Source: Phoronis australis (lineage: Eukaryota; Animalia; Phoronida). Taken from it: DNA of 63,817 bases. The stretch is from assembly GCA_002633005.1 (NCBI GenBank), contig NMRA01000177.1, forward strand, positions 387,942 to 451,758, read 5' to 3'. Numbering within the stretch: the stretch's first letter is position 1; every line of letters starts with the position of its first letter. Under the pieces are notes generated by a model. That model did not search any database. It had not been told where the DNA came from and worked only from the letters and a program-made list of their open reading frames with translations. Positions 49,101 through 57,300 of this stretch are shown in pieces. Position numbers and translations under genes: made by a program.

Positions 49101-52100
49101 TGATATTTCACGAGATCCTTGCCCCCATGGAAGGCTCTCCTGACCTCTAGCTCCTTGTTGAAGTGCTTTGTTTCCCATCAAACCAAAACATACACTTTGG
49201 TGTTTATTTTCCCTTTCACTGTTATACTCCCCACTGAGGCCTGAAATTAAGTGAGCAAACAAACCAGACCACCTGCGGTTGAGCAATGAGTCATAACTGA
49301 GGTGGTTGTGTATGGCACTATGTCATTCAAAAGTTTGAGCTGTGCCAGAGCGCCACCTACAAGGTGTCCAGAAAGTCCAAAGGGACACCTTGAGGCAGAC
49401 TTGGACATCGAGCTTTTGATGATTTTGCCACCACGAAGAAATGGTAAAAGCTGCAAGATTTATTGAAGGAATCGACTGCACATATATCAGAGTTGGACGA
49501 TTCGGTCACTTGTCAAATGACTGAAGAGTGATTAACCTCACCATGGTAAAGTAGTTGTCAAAATATTGAGTAAAATTTACAAGTGTATTCTCAAGAATGG
49601 CAATAACAATAGGTGTAGACTGACCCAATCGTAAAGACGAAGCCGAATTTTCGGCTCACCCTCACGCCGTCTGTGCGGGAAGATTCCGAATACACTTCGT
49701 TCACTAGCTTCCCTGTTCTGCAGTCAGTTTCTTTTGTCTCTGCATCCTGATCTCCTTAATTGATTTCTCCTGTCATCCACTTGACACTGTCCAAACATGA
49801 CCAGGGCATTGTGCCTTATTTGTCCAAAAAGTGGTCATCACATTCCAGCCATGACGCCTCTCTGGTGTATTGTTACATGAGCATCACTGAGACGGTTTAC
49901 GTAACAATTAATTGGCCAGCTGTATATTTTGACACTCACCAGGTATTAGGTTATTGTCTTAATGACATTTTTTCTGTGATTTTTCTATTTCTCCCAAGTA
50001 CGGGATGTAAGGGCTTGCTTTTAGCTTGTTGGCAAGTTGTCAACAGAATTGTTCAACAATGGAGAACTCGAAATTCACTAGATGGTGCATGTGCAGTAGT
50101 TGGTCCTACGCGTAGAAATGCCCACATTCGAGTAATCAAAAAACCCTATGCTTGTGAAGCGTTCTCTGCTTAGATTCCATTCAGATGTAAAAAGAAGTGC
50201 CTTGCTTCAGTGTTACGGTCCATTTCGTCACGGCGATTATTTACGTTCACAGCGATAACTGGTGGCGACTCGCCATTACGACAGAATTCCATTTGCAGAA
50301 CACGGTGGCCTCTTAGCCAACTTTCGGCAAATTCCCAATCGTACCCAGTCATGATGGACGGCTGACATGACTGGGTTCCACTTCCACTCGGTTGTTATAA
50401 CCGAGACTTTCGTGTCATTTTGTGCTATTACTTTTGGCTTGCATTGTATTGTTGTCCTGTTAGCATTTCCGGTTATGTCGCCACCATCTGAAAATGTGAA
50501 AAAGAAACAGTTTTAGTTTTAATTTTTTGAAATTTTAGTATCTTTTTCCTATTGAGTTGCCATGCGTTGCATTTGTTATACAGCTTGTGTACAAGATGTT
50601 ATACGGTAAAATCTCACCAATTTCGAACAAAAATAATTGTCAAAAATGGGCTTTTATTCATTTTTCAAACGCTTCTAATATTGTTTTGAATGTCCACAGT
50701 TGCTGGAAACATTGTCTGAAGGTAGCAAGGCATAGACCTTTAAAATGGTATAGCATGTATTTGGTGCTACTTATCTTTTATTGAAAAAAATGAGATAAAA
50801 TTTCATTTGTTCGCCATATTGTGTCCTAAATTGGTGAGATTTTACCGTAGTTGTTCTGAATTGCACTGATAGTAAAATTGATATGTCTTCCTTTTTAGAC
50901 TTTCGCAAACAGGCAGTCCACTCAAGTTGACAGGTAAGCTTTGATGGAAAACGTAAAATATGTACGGAGTATCTTAAGTATCTAAAACAAGTCTGGATTG
51001 CCACACAGGTGAAATATTGCTTAAAATGTTGCAAGTTTTGGTTATATATTGTTGTGAAAAAATCTAAAACATTTAGGAATTTTAAACCTGTGATCTCTGC
51101 CACACACATACAGTTTGCTGAAAATGACAAGACACAGTAGCCATATTGTCTGTGAACAATGGAATGGAGGAGGCCTTCTAACTATCAACAATCACTAAAC
51201 AATGGCATCTGATTTCAGTAAAAAGCACTTGTGACATTGGCATTTATTTATTTTCGCACTTTACGTGGCCTCAATTGTTTTCTTTGGGACTCCCTCTGGT
51301 ACTGGGTTAGCCAGCATGTGGTGTTTTCATTGTTTCCTAAGTGGTCCTTGACATTTCACCCCCGGGCCACTGTTGGTCAATGTTCACTGGGGTCCCAGCT
51401 GTCTGGAGTTTTCCCCCGTAGTTTGTCACTGCTCTTTTGACTCTGGCACTCCATTTGGTCTTGCAAATGTCTTGACATTGATGAGATACAGTTTGAAAAT
51501 GTTCGACAACTTTGATGACTACCTGCCATGTTAGCTTATTGTACTTCTCCAGGGGAGACGATTTATTGTTTGATTTTGTTGGCCTGTGTTTTGATTGAAT
51601 GAGCCCCACCCACTCAGAGTATAATGATTGGAAGAAACAACTGAAAGACAATTTTATTACTATTATTTCTGTGTGGTAAAATCTCACCATTATTGGTAGA
51701 CACCGTATGGTGGACGTGTGAAATTTATTTCTTTACTTTTTTGATAAAAAATAAATAGCAGCACAGAACTGCTTCGTCATTAAGTTCTGTTCCAGCGAAC
51801 AATGTTTTGAGAAATTGTGGGGAAAATATGACAATTTTTGGCAATTATTATTTTATTATTTTAGGAAATGGGTTAGATTTCGGGATTCTGGGGAAATCTC
51901 CACCAAAAGGAGTCCCATAATTAGCCTTATGTTCCCTCAGCTATAACTGACAACCGAAAATGACCCGCGCTAAAGTGGCTTCCATTTGGTTGTGTCTTCT
52001 CTTGTGGAATTTGTAACTAAATGGTACGAGATGGATTTTTTTTAAAATTTGGGTGGAGGAAACTCGTTTGATGTTCTAAGCTGAGGAAAATGCAAGGCTG

Positions 52101-54375
52101 TCAGTCAATTAAAGCCTTCTTTCTACTTCCTGTTAACAGCCTGCGTATCCAGCTAGCCGAAGCCATCGACCAAGCCGAGCGACTGAAGGCGAGTCAAAAG
52201 TCGAACCTCGAACGTAAAAGTACATTCCGTGCTAACCAGCAGCTCGAAGAATTAAGGAAACTACAAGTAATTAGATGTTTGGTGTTTGTGATGCCGGGTT
52301 TTGTTGTGCTTTCTGTTATTTTGATTTAGGAATTAAACGTGAGAAATCTGACTGTTTCAATAGGCGCGTTGGATTTGTGGTAAGCTGTCTTAGTAGTAGG
52401 AACTCTACTGGTGCCAAGAAATTCTTCAAACTGGAAAGAACATTGACAAGAACTGTGTGTTTAAATTAAAATTGTATAGAAATAAGTTCATTATTACTTT
52501 ATTAGGTAAGTTTTTAACTTCTTTTTACATTTTGTCTTGTTTGAATGACATTAAGGACAAGCGTATGACAATCATTTGAATACCGTATTTGCCTCAGCTC
52601 GGGTTTGTGAGAGTGGATGAAACGTTATTTGCTGGAAGCCTATGTGGCCCTTCAAATGTGGCCCTGTGATATATGGCTGTTCCCTGTCTGGCAGATATGG
52701 TGTATTAGAACAATGTTCTAAAAAGATAGATAAGCTAACTTGTAAACTCTATATGATTGGATTCGTCGAGCAGTTTCATTATTCAACGTTTCGTTCCCAG
52801 GAGGATGTGGCTATCGAGCGTAAGAAATGGGATAAGGAGAAGTCACGTGAGAAGCAACGTCTGGAGGCAGAGAGTGCCGAGATGGATCTCAAACACCAGG
52901 AGATCGCCAAGGAGCTGGTGAGTGCTGCTGCCAACAGGAAGCGCTGAGGTGTATTCGTATTGTTAGCACTCTGTGGGAGGAGTAGAAGTGTTTGAAAACT
53001 GATATTGTTACTGATACTGATATTGATACCAACACAGTGTATTGATACTGATACTGTGTATTGATATTGATACGGATACTGCAAGGTGGCCATTGCTGCC
53101 AGTGCATAACTATTTCTGTAACACAGCTACCAAATCCTTGAAATAAAACCCAGTATCATGAAATCCTGTTTTGTTGATATTGGTGCTTTTTCACAAGAAT
53201 TAGTTTAAGCCACATTACAATGCTGTGTGTGCCCAAAAACCGATACTCTGAAATACAATTTGTTTTTGAGAGGTTTTTAATACTGCAAATTGGTGTTCTT
53301 AATAGGCTGCGATTTCACTGTTGGTTGAGTGAATTTCCTTTATTGCTTCTGAGGCTGGGTGCACTGTTGCAAACTTGATAAATTATTCTTTTTTGAAGTG
53401 GGTTATTTTTTACTTGACTTGTGTCGCTGCATGTTCCTTATATGCGTGGCATGCTTCCTGTCGTGCTAAATCTGGTCATCTGTTCTTGACAGTTTGTTCT
53501 CTTACCACCAGGAGGAGCTCAAGAACCAGAAGGCGGAACTCCAACGACAGAAGCAGGCGGTCCAACTGCAGATCGACTTCTTCCAGCTGCAGAAGCAACA
53601 GACGCTGACATCTAGTGACAAAGACTTGCACTCGACCACCAAAGATGGTGTAGATGGGTCACATGTTTCAGTTAAAGGCTTGCACAAACGTTCAGCCTCA
53701 GATGATTGGTCAAAGTTCAATGACGGTGATCCGTTTGAGCCAATGGATGTGCAGTATTCCAAGAGCCTCAAGGAACCACTGAATCGTGACAAGGCGGACT
53801 TAGGTCAGAACCGGCCATACTCAACAGGTAGCGCTGGTAATCTGCTGGAGATCGGCTCTACATCGCCAAGCTACGGTGGACAGCAGAAACGCCGCGAGAG
53901 CGGCGCAAACGTCAGTCTCCCGGAGCACCTGTGCAGCGCCACCAACGAGGTGAAGAGCTCAAACATACAACAGAAAATCCCTGTTAAGCTGTCAAGTTTA
54001 GCGTCCAGCTCAAGCTTGAAGTCTTTCAGTGTTTCCAAAAAAGATAAGGATAAGGACAGGGGAAGTGGTAGTCATTCAAACTCTTTCGCGTTTAACCTTA
54101 ACAATAACAGTAGTCCGAACCTGCAGGAATCACCTCACCGATCATCGCGAGTTTCAGTTGGGACGAAACCGAACAAGTCTCCGAGCAACATTCTGCCACT
54201 GAAGCTGGCAGAGTCTGCCGGCAGGAAACGTTCTGATTCGCCGTCGATGCACGAGCATGCGCCTGGCAGCTCGTCGCCAATGAATCAACGCAGGGAGACG
54301 TCGCCCCCTAACGAGCAAGACGCAAAACAGCGCCAACATCAGCAGATGCCCGAACAAAAAGTGATTTATTTCTAA
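4019..54375 (+). CDS. ARHGEF18: Multi-exon Lbc-family Rho guanine nucleotide exchange factor (ARHGEF18/ARHGEF28/AKAP13-like; C1-DH-PH-coiled coil-PDZ ligand); 5' end outside window. Symbol indicates the family, exact orthology is not resolved
   Basis: Phase-consistent chain of GT-AG exons. C1 motif HSYVSVSFSNSRLCDACGKSMANKHALQCENCSVSVHDSSCKDQVAAC; DH start KRQDHIWELIQTEKHY and VTQRLSKYPPLIE; PH LIKEG...LLTDVVLFL...LLARE; LPRRAETFAGFD; ends KVIYF-stop. Confidence 0.93.
4456..4568 (+). CDS. ARHGEF18: RhoGEF coding exon (AQSTPVEQC...SADNE)
   Basis: ctcccttgcag acceptor, GAG|GTCAGT donor, phase 1 to 0. Confidence 0.8.
5022..5169 (+). CDS. ARHGEF18: RhoGEF coding exon (AHEDKIAAH...AKSTSTPHISNFQANKEN)
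   Basis: ttttgacccag acceptor, G|GTAACT donor, GC-rich codons, phase 0 to 1. Confidence 0.85.
6094..6184 (+). CDS. ARHGEF18: RhoGEF coding exon (DPHGKLSQPSAQVVRRSLQHAVQEEQHTSQ)
   Basis: ttgccacag acceptor, GTAAGT donor, phase 1 to 2. Confidence 0.8.
6744..6797 (+). CDS. ARHGEF18: 54-nt symmetric cassette exon (LSRQQSFVILQHLIEEH)
   Basis: attcttgcag acceptor, GTGAGT donor, phase 2-2, open frame. Confidence 0.65.
7844..7930 (+). CDS. ARHGEF18: 87-nt symmetric exon (ARRTQEAGPSFRDAVHSRPRMSVIEFLN)
   Basis: tttcactccctag acceptor, GTAAGT donor, phase 2-2. Confidence 0.75.
9147..9255. other. Assembly gap (109 N) flanked by (GA)n and (TG)n
   Basis: N run with dinucleotide-repeat flanks. Confidence 1.
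9832..9882 (+). repeat. (TAG/TGG)n microsatellite
   Basis: tagtagtagtggtggtagtggtagtgg... Confidence 0.9.
9896..9993. mobile_element. MITE family M2 copy
   Basis: tacaggggttccagattttgagaaccag...ctggttctgaaaatacgggacccctttaagtgac. Confidence 0.75.
10817..10941 (+). repeat. 40-bp tandem repeat x3 ending in the exon 10942 acceptor
   Basis: cagtatttagRatcctgttccgattctccaYtgttttgt units. Confidence 0.85.
10942..10989 (+). CDS. ARHGEF18: 48-nt symmetric cassette exon (SSRHKVGHVRTHSRA)
   Basis: gtttttgccag acceptor, GTAAGT donor, phase 2-2. Confidence 0.65.
12146..12251 (+). CDS. ARHGEF18: RhoGEF coding exon (PSNFENDDDRPK...KRRRSMFAKFGSYRQKK)
   Basis: tcttttag acceptor, AAG|GTTAGT donor, phase 2 to 0. 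Confidence 0.85.
12970..13093 (+). CDS. ARHGEF18: C1 zinc-finger exon, first part (NHSYVSVSFSNSRLCDACGKSMANKHALQCE)
   Basis: catccacag acceptor, GTAAGT donor; H-x12-C-x2-C spacing of a C1 domain. Confidence 0.9.
15285..15398 (+). repeat. 37-bp tandem repeat x3
   Basis: gaattttgttttgtctaatttctcaaaaaatcctcta. Confidence 0.9.
16259..16332 (+). CDS. ARHGEF18: C1 zinc-finger exon, second part (NCSVSVHDSSCKDQVAACTKFKSQR)
   Basis: tttttctatcgcag acceptor, CGG|GTAAGT donor; completes the C1 Cys/His pattern. Confidence 0.9.
17441..17597. mobile_element. Possible degenerate MITE of the GGCGGATCCAGG...GGATCCGCCACTG type
   Basis: agggcagatccaggattt ... G-run/C-run hairpin ... taaatcctccactg. Confidence 0.4.
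20247..20312 (+). repeat. 33-bp tandem duplication
   Basis: ccaagtattttaagggtacttagctggtaaagt x2. Confidence 0.9.
23691..23950 (+). repeat. Exact 130-bp tandem duplication
   Basis: 23691-23820 equals 23821-23950. Confidence 0.95.
23966..24076 (+). CDS. ARHGEF18: Exon A, copy 1 (MIQRPLSSSVKEK...APKVSQ)
   Basis: ttcctgttgcag acceptor, CAG|GTGAGT donor (alternative donor after 24067), phase 0-0. Confidence 0.75.
24661..24722 (+). CDS. ARHGEF18: Exon B, copy 1 (SLSPLSPGGSTSIASSSVLP)
   Basis: gtgttgcag acceptor, AG|GTGAGT donor, phase 0 to 2. Confidence 0.7.
24846..25066 (+). mobile_element. DINE-1/HINE-like (Helentron-associated) non-autonomous element, truncated at the N
   Basis: T-run + ATGCGCCCACATAT..ATATGTGGACGCAT hairpin + (GTCC)n microsatellite; second copy at window end; absent from the duplicate segment. 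Confidence 0.75.
25239..25349 (+). CDS. ARHGEF18: Exon A, copy 2 (MIQRPQSSSVKEK...APKVSQ)
   Basis: Near-identical to 23966-24076, splice sites intact. Confidence 0.7.
25918..25979 (+). CDS. ARHGEF18: Exon B, copy 2 (SLSPVSPGASTSIASSSVLP)
   Basis: Near-identical to 24661-24722, splice sites intact. Confidence 0.7.
27183..27200 (+). CDS. ARHGEF18: Candidate 18-nt microexon (SKHSL)
   Basis: ACTAAC branch point, T-run and CAG acceptor, GTAAAT donor, open in phase 2. Confidence 0.45.
27649..27720 (+). CDS. ARHGEF18: 72-nt symmetric exon (TPEHSGINMATFQWRRVAAKLGI)
   Basis: ctttcttcaacag acceptor, GTAAGT donor, only the phase-2 frame is open. Confidence 0.75.
29851..29944. mobile_element. MITE family M2 copy
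   Basis: gtcaccaacagaggtcccacagtttgagaaccagt...actggttctcaaattccgggac. Confidence 0.7.
30040..30096 (+). CDS. ARHGEF18: 57-nt exon (RVIEEAEETEVNRSDAHS)
   Basis: acattttag acceptor, GTAAGT donor, phase 2-2. Confidence 0.8.
30706..30902 (+). CDS. ARHGEF18: Pre-DH/DH start exon (STESLDD...PEAWSVTVDKK...KDVKRQDHIW)
   Basis: Family motif WS.TVD...KRQD.I; last base is an N (presumably G) before the GT donor. Confidence 0.9.
31362..31594 (+). CDS. ARHGEF18: DH domain exon (ELIQTEKHYNRVLKVM...ISDVLIAQ)
   Basis: DH CR1 motif ELIQTE; CAG|GTGAGG donor. Confidence 0.95.
32396..32521 (+). CDS. ARHGEF18: DH domain exon (YGGDVGERMKRAYGDFVSHHKEAL...FQMFIK)
   Basis: DH CR2-like YGxFxSxHxEA; GTAAGT donor. 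Confidence 0.95.
33237..33443 (+). CDS. ARHGEF18: DH domain exon (KCSTNLLCKR...VTQRLSKYPPLIE...HVDEQ)
   Basis: DH CR3 motif QRxxKYPxL; CAG|GTAGGC donor. Confidence 0.95.
33782..33875. mobile_element. 94-bp palindromic MITE, family M2 (best copy)
   Basis: TCACTTACTGGGGTCCTGCATTTTGAGATCCAGT ... ACTGGTTCTCAAAATGCGGGTCCCCTGTAAGTGA inverted arms. Confidence 0.8.
33970..34062 (+). CDS. ARHGEF18: DH-PH linker exon (VHARDCELRLIEIYNRLDARSSTKYRKRDFK)
   Basis: RL.EIY.R.D motif of Lbc GEFs; splice sites in phase. Confidence 0.92.
34541..34622 (+). CDS. ARHGEF18: PH domain exon (KSNLINGSRKLIKEGVIGFKTARGKEM)
   Basis: RKLIxEG PH start; cacctttcag acceptor, GTAAGA donor. Confidence 0.92.
35171..35256 (+). 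CDS. ARHGEF18: PH domain exon (EVLMVLLTDVVLFLEDNGQKYMFLSQDKK)
   Basis: LLTD..FL...QKY.F motif; AAG|GTGAGG donor. Confidence 0.93.
36171..36483 (+). repeat. 31-bp minisatellite, 10 copies (ACCAATCACACTGTTACATCCACATTAACTA)
   Basis: Unit starts at 36171, 36202, 36233 ... 36450; no spacers. Confidence 0.95.
37822..38014 (+). CDS. ARHGEF18: PH domain exon (SGAVPLFKLLARE...MYEIVC...WIATFRNAIMKCPEEE)
   Basis: PH C-terminal helix Trp; splice sites in phase. Confidence 0.93.
38432..38512 (+). CDS. ARHGEF18: Post-PH exon (DEGVPDEGDDELRKIAEAKFAKLKELV)
   Basis: ttgattcag acceptor, GTAAGT donor, phase 1-1. Confidence 0.88.
39694..39800 (+). CDS. ARHGEF18: Post-PH exon (GLLSRKDDAIQQSCDERFKVIQDM...LKG)
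   Basis: ctctgttgtag acceptor, GTAGGT donor, phase 1 to 0. Confidence 0.88.
39975..40482 (+). mobile_element. 5'-truncated non-LTR retrotransposon 3' end (CR1/L2-group-like; ORF2 C-terminus, 3' UTR, tail)
   Basis: ORF 40000-40323 YNLRS..P..RTTRYGLRSF..Y...LWNSLP..W....CxxC; AATAAA followed by (TTGAC)n tail. Confidence 0.8.
40680..40745. mobile_element. MITE family M2, degenerate copy
   Basis: gtcacttaaaggggtcccgaattgtgagaacgagttt matches the M2 arm. Confidence 0.55.
40843..41085 (+). mobile_element. tRNA-derived SINE
   Basis: A box TGGCTCAGTGG (about 40853), B box GAGTTCAAATCC (about 40895), A-rich tail near 41060-41085. Confidence 0.6.
41441..41522 (+). CDS. ARHGEF18: Exon (LKSIYKDSENMGAVLDPRDLLQAVVQE)
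   Basis: tattacag acceptor, GTAAGC donor, phase 0 to 1. Confidence 0.85.
41942..42112 (+). CDS. ARHGEF18: Exon with conserved LPRRAETFAGFD motif
   Basis: Matches the LPRRAETFGGFD motif of AKAP13/ARHGEF18/ARHGEF28; phase 1-1. Confidence 0.92.
42518..42819. mobile_element. About 300-bp MITE with TA ends (Tc1/mariner-pogo-like), family M3
   Basis: TACCGTAAAGTTTCTAATCCAAGTCCAGG ... CCTGGCTTATATCAGGAGCTTTATGGTA imperfect TIRs. Confidence 0.65.
43632..44738 (+). CDS. ARHGEF18: Large (about 1.1 kb, 369 codon) in-frame cassette exon candidate
   Basis: 386-codon ORF bounded by in-frame phase-1 acceptors (AG at 43631, 43637, 43649) and donor G|GTTAGT immediately before the ORF stop. Confidence 0.65.
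45556..45698 (+). CDS. ARHGEF18: Exon (AGSTKKRNLPEIPSG...SVDKVR)
   Basis: attcccag acceptor, CGG|GTAAGT donor, phase 1 to 0. Confidence 0.87.
46303..46389 (+). CDS. ARHGEF18: Symmetric cassette exon (QFWPRERRSSGGSTNSGHEGVTRTSSTGR), NAGNAG acceptor
   Basis: CTTAAC branch-like site, ttcAGcAG acceptor, AGG|GTGTGT donor, GC-rich, phase 0-0. Confidence 0.6.
48058..48168 (+). repeat. 36-bp tandem repeat x3
   Basis: ttgaatctgataatgggatacaggccaaatRtaSgt. Confidence 0.9.
48346..48573 (+). CDS. ARHGEF18: Exon (DHNRVSRRPSII...LTKYLHELV)
   Basis: tctgtgcag acceptor, GTGAGT donor, phase 0-0. Confidence 0.88.
50602..50849. mobile_element. 248-bp MITE, family M1, perfect 22-bp terminal inverted repeat including TA
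   Basis: TACGGTAAAATCTCACCAATTT ... AAATTGGTGAGATTTTACCGTA; TA ends suggest a Tc1/mariner-pogo type. Confidence 0.85.
50899..50933 (+). CDS. ARHGEF18: 35-nt exon (TFANRQSTQVDS)
   Basis: ttcctttttag acceptor, AG|GTAAGC donor; supplies the phase 0 to 2 link required by the flanking exons. Confidence 0.8.
51672..51885. mobile_element. MITE family M1, diverged copy inverted relative to 50602-50849
   Basis: Begins TGTGGTAAAATCTCACCA; internal segments match the reverse complement of 50602-50849. Confidence 0.6.
52140..52266 (+). CDS. ARHGEF18: Coiled-coil exon (LRIQLAEAIDQ...NQQLEELRKLQ)
   Basis: gttaacag acceptor, GTAATT donor; heptad-like sequence. Confidence 0.88.
52801..52917 (+). CDS. ARHGEF18: Coiled-coil exon (EDVAIERKKWDKEKSREKQRLEAE...KEL)
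   Basis: cgttcccag acceptor, GTGAGT donor, phase 0-0. Confidence 0.9.
52998..53080 (+). repeat. Degenerate (TAYTGA)n hexamer repeat
   Basis: actgatattg..actgatactgatattgatac. Confidence 0.8.
53512..54375 (+). CDS. ARHGEF18: Terminal coding exon, Ser-rich tail ending EQKVIYF-stop (PDZ-binding motif)
   Basis: accaccag acceptor; LPEHLCSATNE and IQQKIPVKL blocks; hydrophobic C-terminus; TAA at 54373-54375. Confidence 0.92.
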   Translation, partial: EELKNQKAELQRQKQAVQLQIDFFQLQKQQTLTSSDKDLHSTTKDGVDGSHVSVKGLHKRSASDDWSKFNDGDPFEPMDVQYSKSLKEPLNRDKADLGQNRPYSTGSAGNLLEIGSTSPSYGGQQKRRESGANVSLPEHLCSATNEVKSSNIQQKIPVKLSSLASSSSLKSFSVSKKDKDKDRGSGSHSNSFAFNLNNNSSPNLQESPHRSSRVSVGTKPNKSPSNILPLKLAESAGRKRSDSPSMHEHAPGSSSPMNQRRETSPPNEQDAKQRQHQQMPEQKVIYF

Positions 54376-57300
54376 GGTGAGTAGAGATGAGTGTTAATGC
54401 TGGTGTTGGTGGTCACGGTGTAGCATGTCCCGTGGCCGGTTGTAAGAATTTAAACACTTTTGGTCCTGAATTAAAAACGTGTAAGCTGACGCCGAATTTT
54501 GTAAATAGAAACTTGCATTTTTATGTTGCATCCAGACATAATGACATGACCACTGAGGCATTGTTTCACCCACTAACTGTTTGATGGATGTCAAAAATAG
54601 GGCTGCATTTGTGCTTTATCGGTATTAATGCGTCTCTCTCATCCATATTTGGTCACCAGACCGACTACAATATGGTTTTCAAATTTTGGCAAGCTGCCAC
54701 CCCAACCATTATGAGTCCATCAGATTGTATGTGTAAGCAGACCAGTGAATGCTAGTGCCTGATAAATAAGAATTCATGAAGCTTGTGTCTGAGGACTGTT
54801 TTACCATTTTTACGAGTGCAAGGGACTTAACTATGCATTTCTGTCCTATGTCTGTGCTTGGGTGTATGCGTGTGTGTTATAATCTTTGTTCTGAGGTGTC
54901 TGTATGCGCGTGCATAGGTTTGTGTGTTAAAAGTGTTTGAATGTCTGACCTGTTGGCTGCTGTAACAGACAAGTGCTTTAACAGGAACCAAATGTCATAT
55001 CCAGTCTTACATCAAGGCATCCATGCTTCTGATCACTTGTCTGAGTCAGCACACACCTTTCTGTGGTCTTGTATTCTCAGAAATTCGCTGTATTCCTTGC
55101 CCTGTACTAAGATTTCACTAGTTTATCAATCAGTGTAAGAGCAGTTGAGTAATACGCTTTGGTAATTTGTCATAAGTGGGTCAGTATTTGGTAGACACTT
55201 TATTCCACTTGTGGAATCCTAAGTTTGGAATGTGAAATGACGTCTTTTTGTACATTTGGCACAGTTGCGTCAGCAAGTGGATAAGCCTTCACTGTGTTTC
55301 AAGCTTCTACAAACCCAACCTCAGTCTGAATGATGATTTCGACCATGTTCAGTTAAAACTCTAGTCTGGTATTATTCCGTACTGAGATAAGAAGTGATTT
55401 CTGGGTTAAGGAAGAAGTGGTAGTTTGTTATAGGTGGAGACTAGTCTCGGTTGGTGAGCTTGTCACTTTGTAAGGAACCGAGTTCTAACTCCTTTCCTAG
55501 TCCAGTAACCACTTGTTACCAAAGTGAGGAAAAACTTGATCTAGCAAGTGGTCCCAATCTGACGTTGGTTTCTTTGACAGAAATCCTGTTTTATAGTCTG
55601 TAAGTCTGTAGATTTTATTTGTCAAAAATGTGGGTGGGAGGGAAATGAGAGACAATTGACCTGCACTAAACTGCTGACATCACTGGCGGGGTTGAAGTTA
55701 TTGCACAACAGTGTTATTGACATTGATGCTTGCATTGTTGAAGGCAAGCTTCTTCTATAGTTGGCAGGATCACATGGAAATCTCTACAAGTGATTATCTG
55801 CTTATTTGCTATTTGCTCTCTTGTCTCAAGAGGGAGTCAAGAGCCCGTTCTTTATGCCTCTCCGTGTCGGACTGTCTGTGGCAAGGGCCACTCTGTCCGA
55901 ACTCTCTCTACTTTTGAAATTAGCCACCTCGTGTTGTAGGATAATGGGTGGTCCTGGAGGTAACTTCAGTTAGATGTTCCGGTCTTGTGTATTACCCAGT
56001 GGTGATATTAGTTGTGATTTTTAAAAAAGTATTTTAAAGCCCCGCGCCACGTCATTTTGGATTTCAAGTTCAAACTTGAAATGAGGCCAAAAAGCATTGT
56101 TGGTTTTGGACTCTACCCCGACTCATTTTAAAAACCTGCACAAAGTTTAAAAAAATTGAAAAAAGAAGGGATGTCCCAATAACAAATTGTTGTCTTTTGA
56201 AGTTGAACTGAAATACTGCTTTCCTGGCTAATACTATGTTATTCTAATATGTATACCGCTCACAGACATACCATTAATAATTAGCCATACAAGCAGTCGT
56301 GACCTAGGGTCTCGTCTTTGCACTTGAAACTCTTTCGTATTGGAAAATTGCCCATTTGCATGGCATGCTTCGAGGAAACTTACAAATTTGTTCTCAGATT
56401 ATGCGGCGTGGTTTGTTGGTTATCCAGTCTGAATCGGAGTCGAGTCTATGGAGATGAAATCCTGTTCCCTTCTCAGCAAAAACACAAAAATGTAGCAAAA
56501 GGGTGCAGCATAGGACTTAGAAACTTGCTTGCTGCACTGTCCACCAGGAAGTGATATTGGCAGGACAAACTTCAACCCAGTGACTTTACTGTCCCCCTGC
56601 GTGGCTCCTCCCTTGGCTTCAGTCCAACATCTAAGCTGGATCCCCTGTCAAAGGCACTGAATATTGCTGAGGAGGAATGTCTAAACAATGCCCACACAGT
56701 TTACTCTAGCCTGGTAAACAATGGCCTAGTCCCATTGTGTCAGCGTTAATTTGCTGCTCCATTTTCCAGTCATCCAATATTATGGGGGATTGTGTCATTA
56801 CTGCAGGAGCTCTGACGTCAAAGTGGTAGTTAAAAATGGTTAAACTGTCCATTTTTTTATACCCTGATCTTCATGGCTGGCATGGATGGGCTATGTGAGA
56901 TGGAGGCTTTATGACTTGTGCAGTAAGCATTATGGTGGTCATCAATCAACCCTGATTCAGGGTGGCCGAACAATGGTACATAACAAATGACACTCCAGTA
57001 CTGGTCAATCCCTGGGGTCTGTGTGTTATCTGTGTAAATGGTATGCAGAACTGAAATTACATTCTTGGGCTTGACTTCTTTCTTTTCTACAAGGTGCCGA
57101 ATACAAGGAACTCCAGTTCCCTTGACTTCAGAACTCCTTTAAAATCTCAGTGGTAAAAATTTACTGCGATTCCTCAATAACCAGCTACCTTGGTATTTTT
57201 TCACTAGTACCCCAATCCGCTATAGACCAATTGGACATATTACACAGATAGATCTAGGACATGGGGGCCCAATCACTGATTTTCAAGGAAAACAGTCTAT

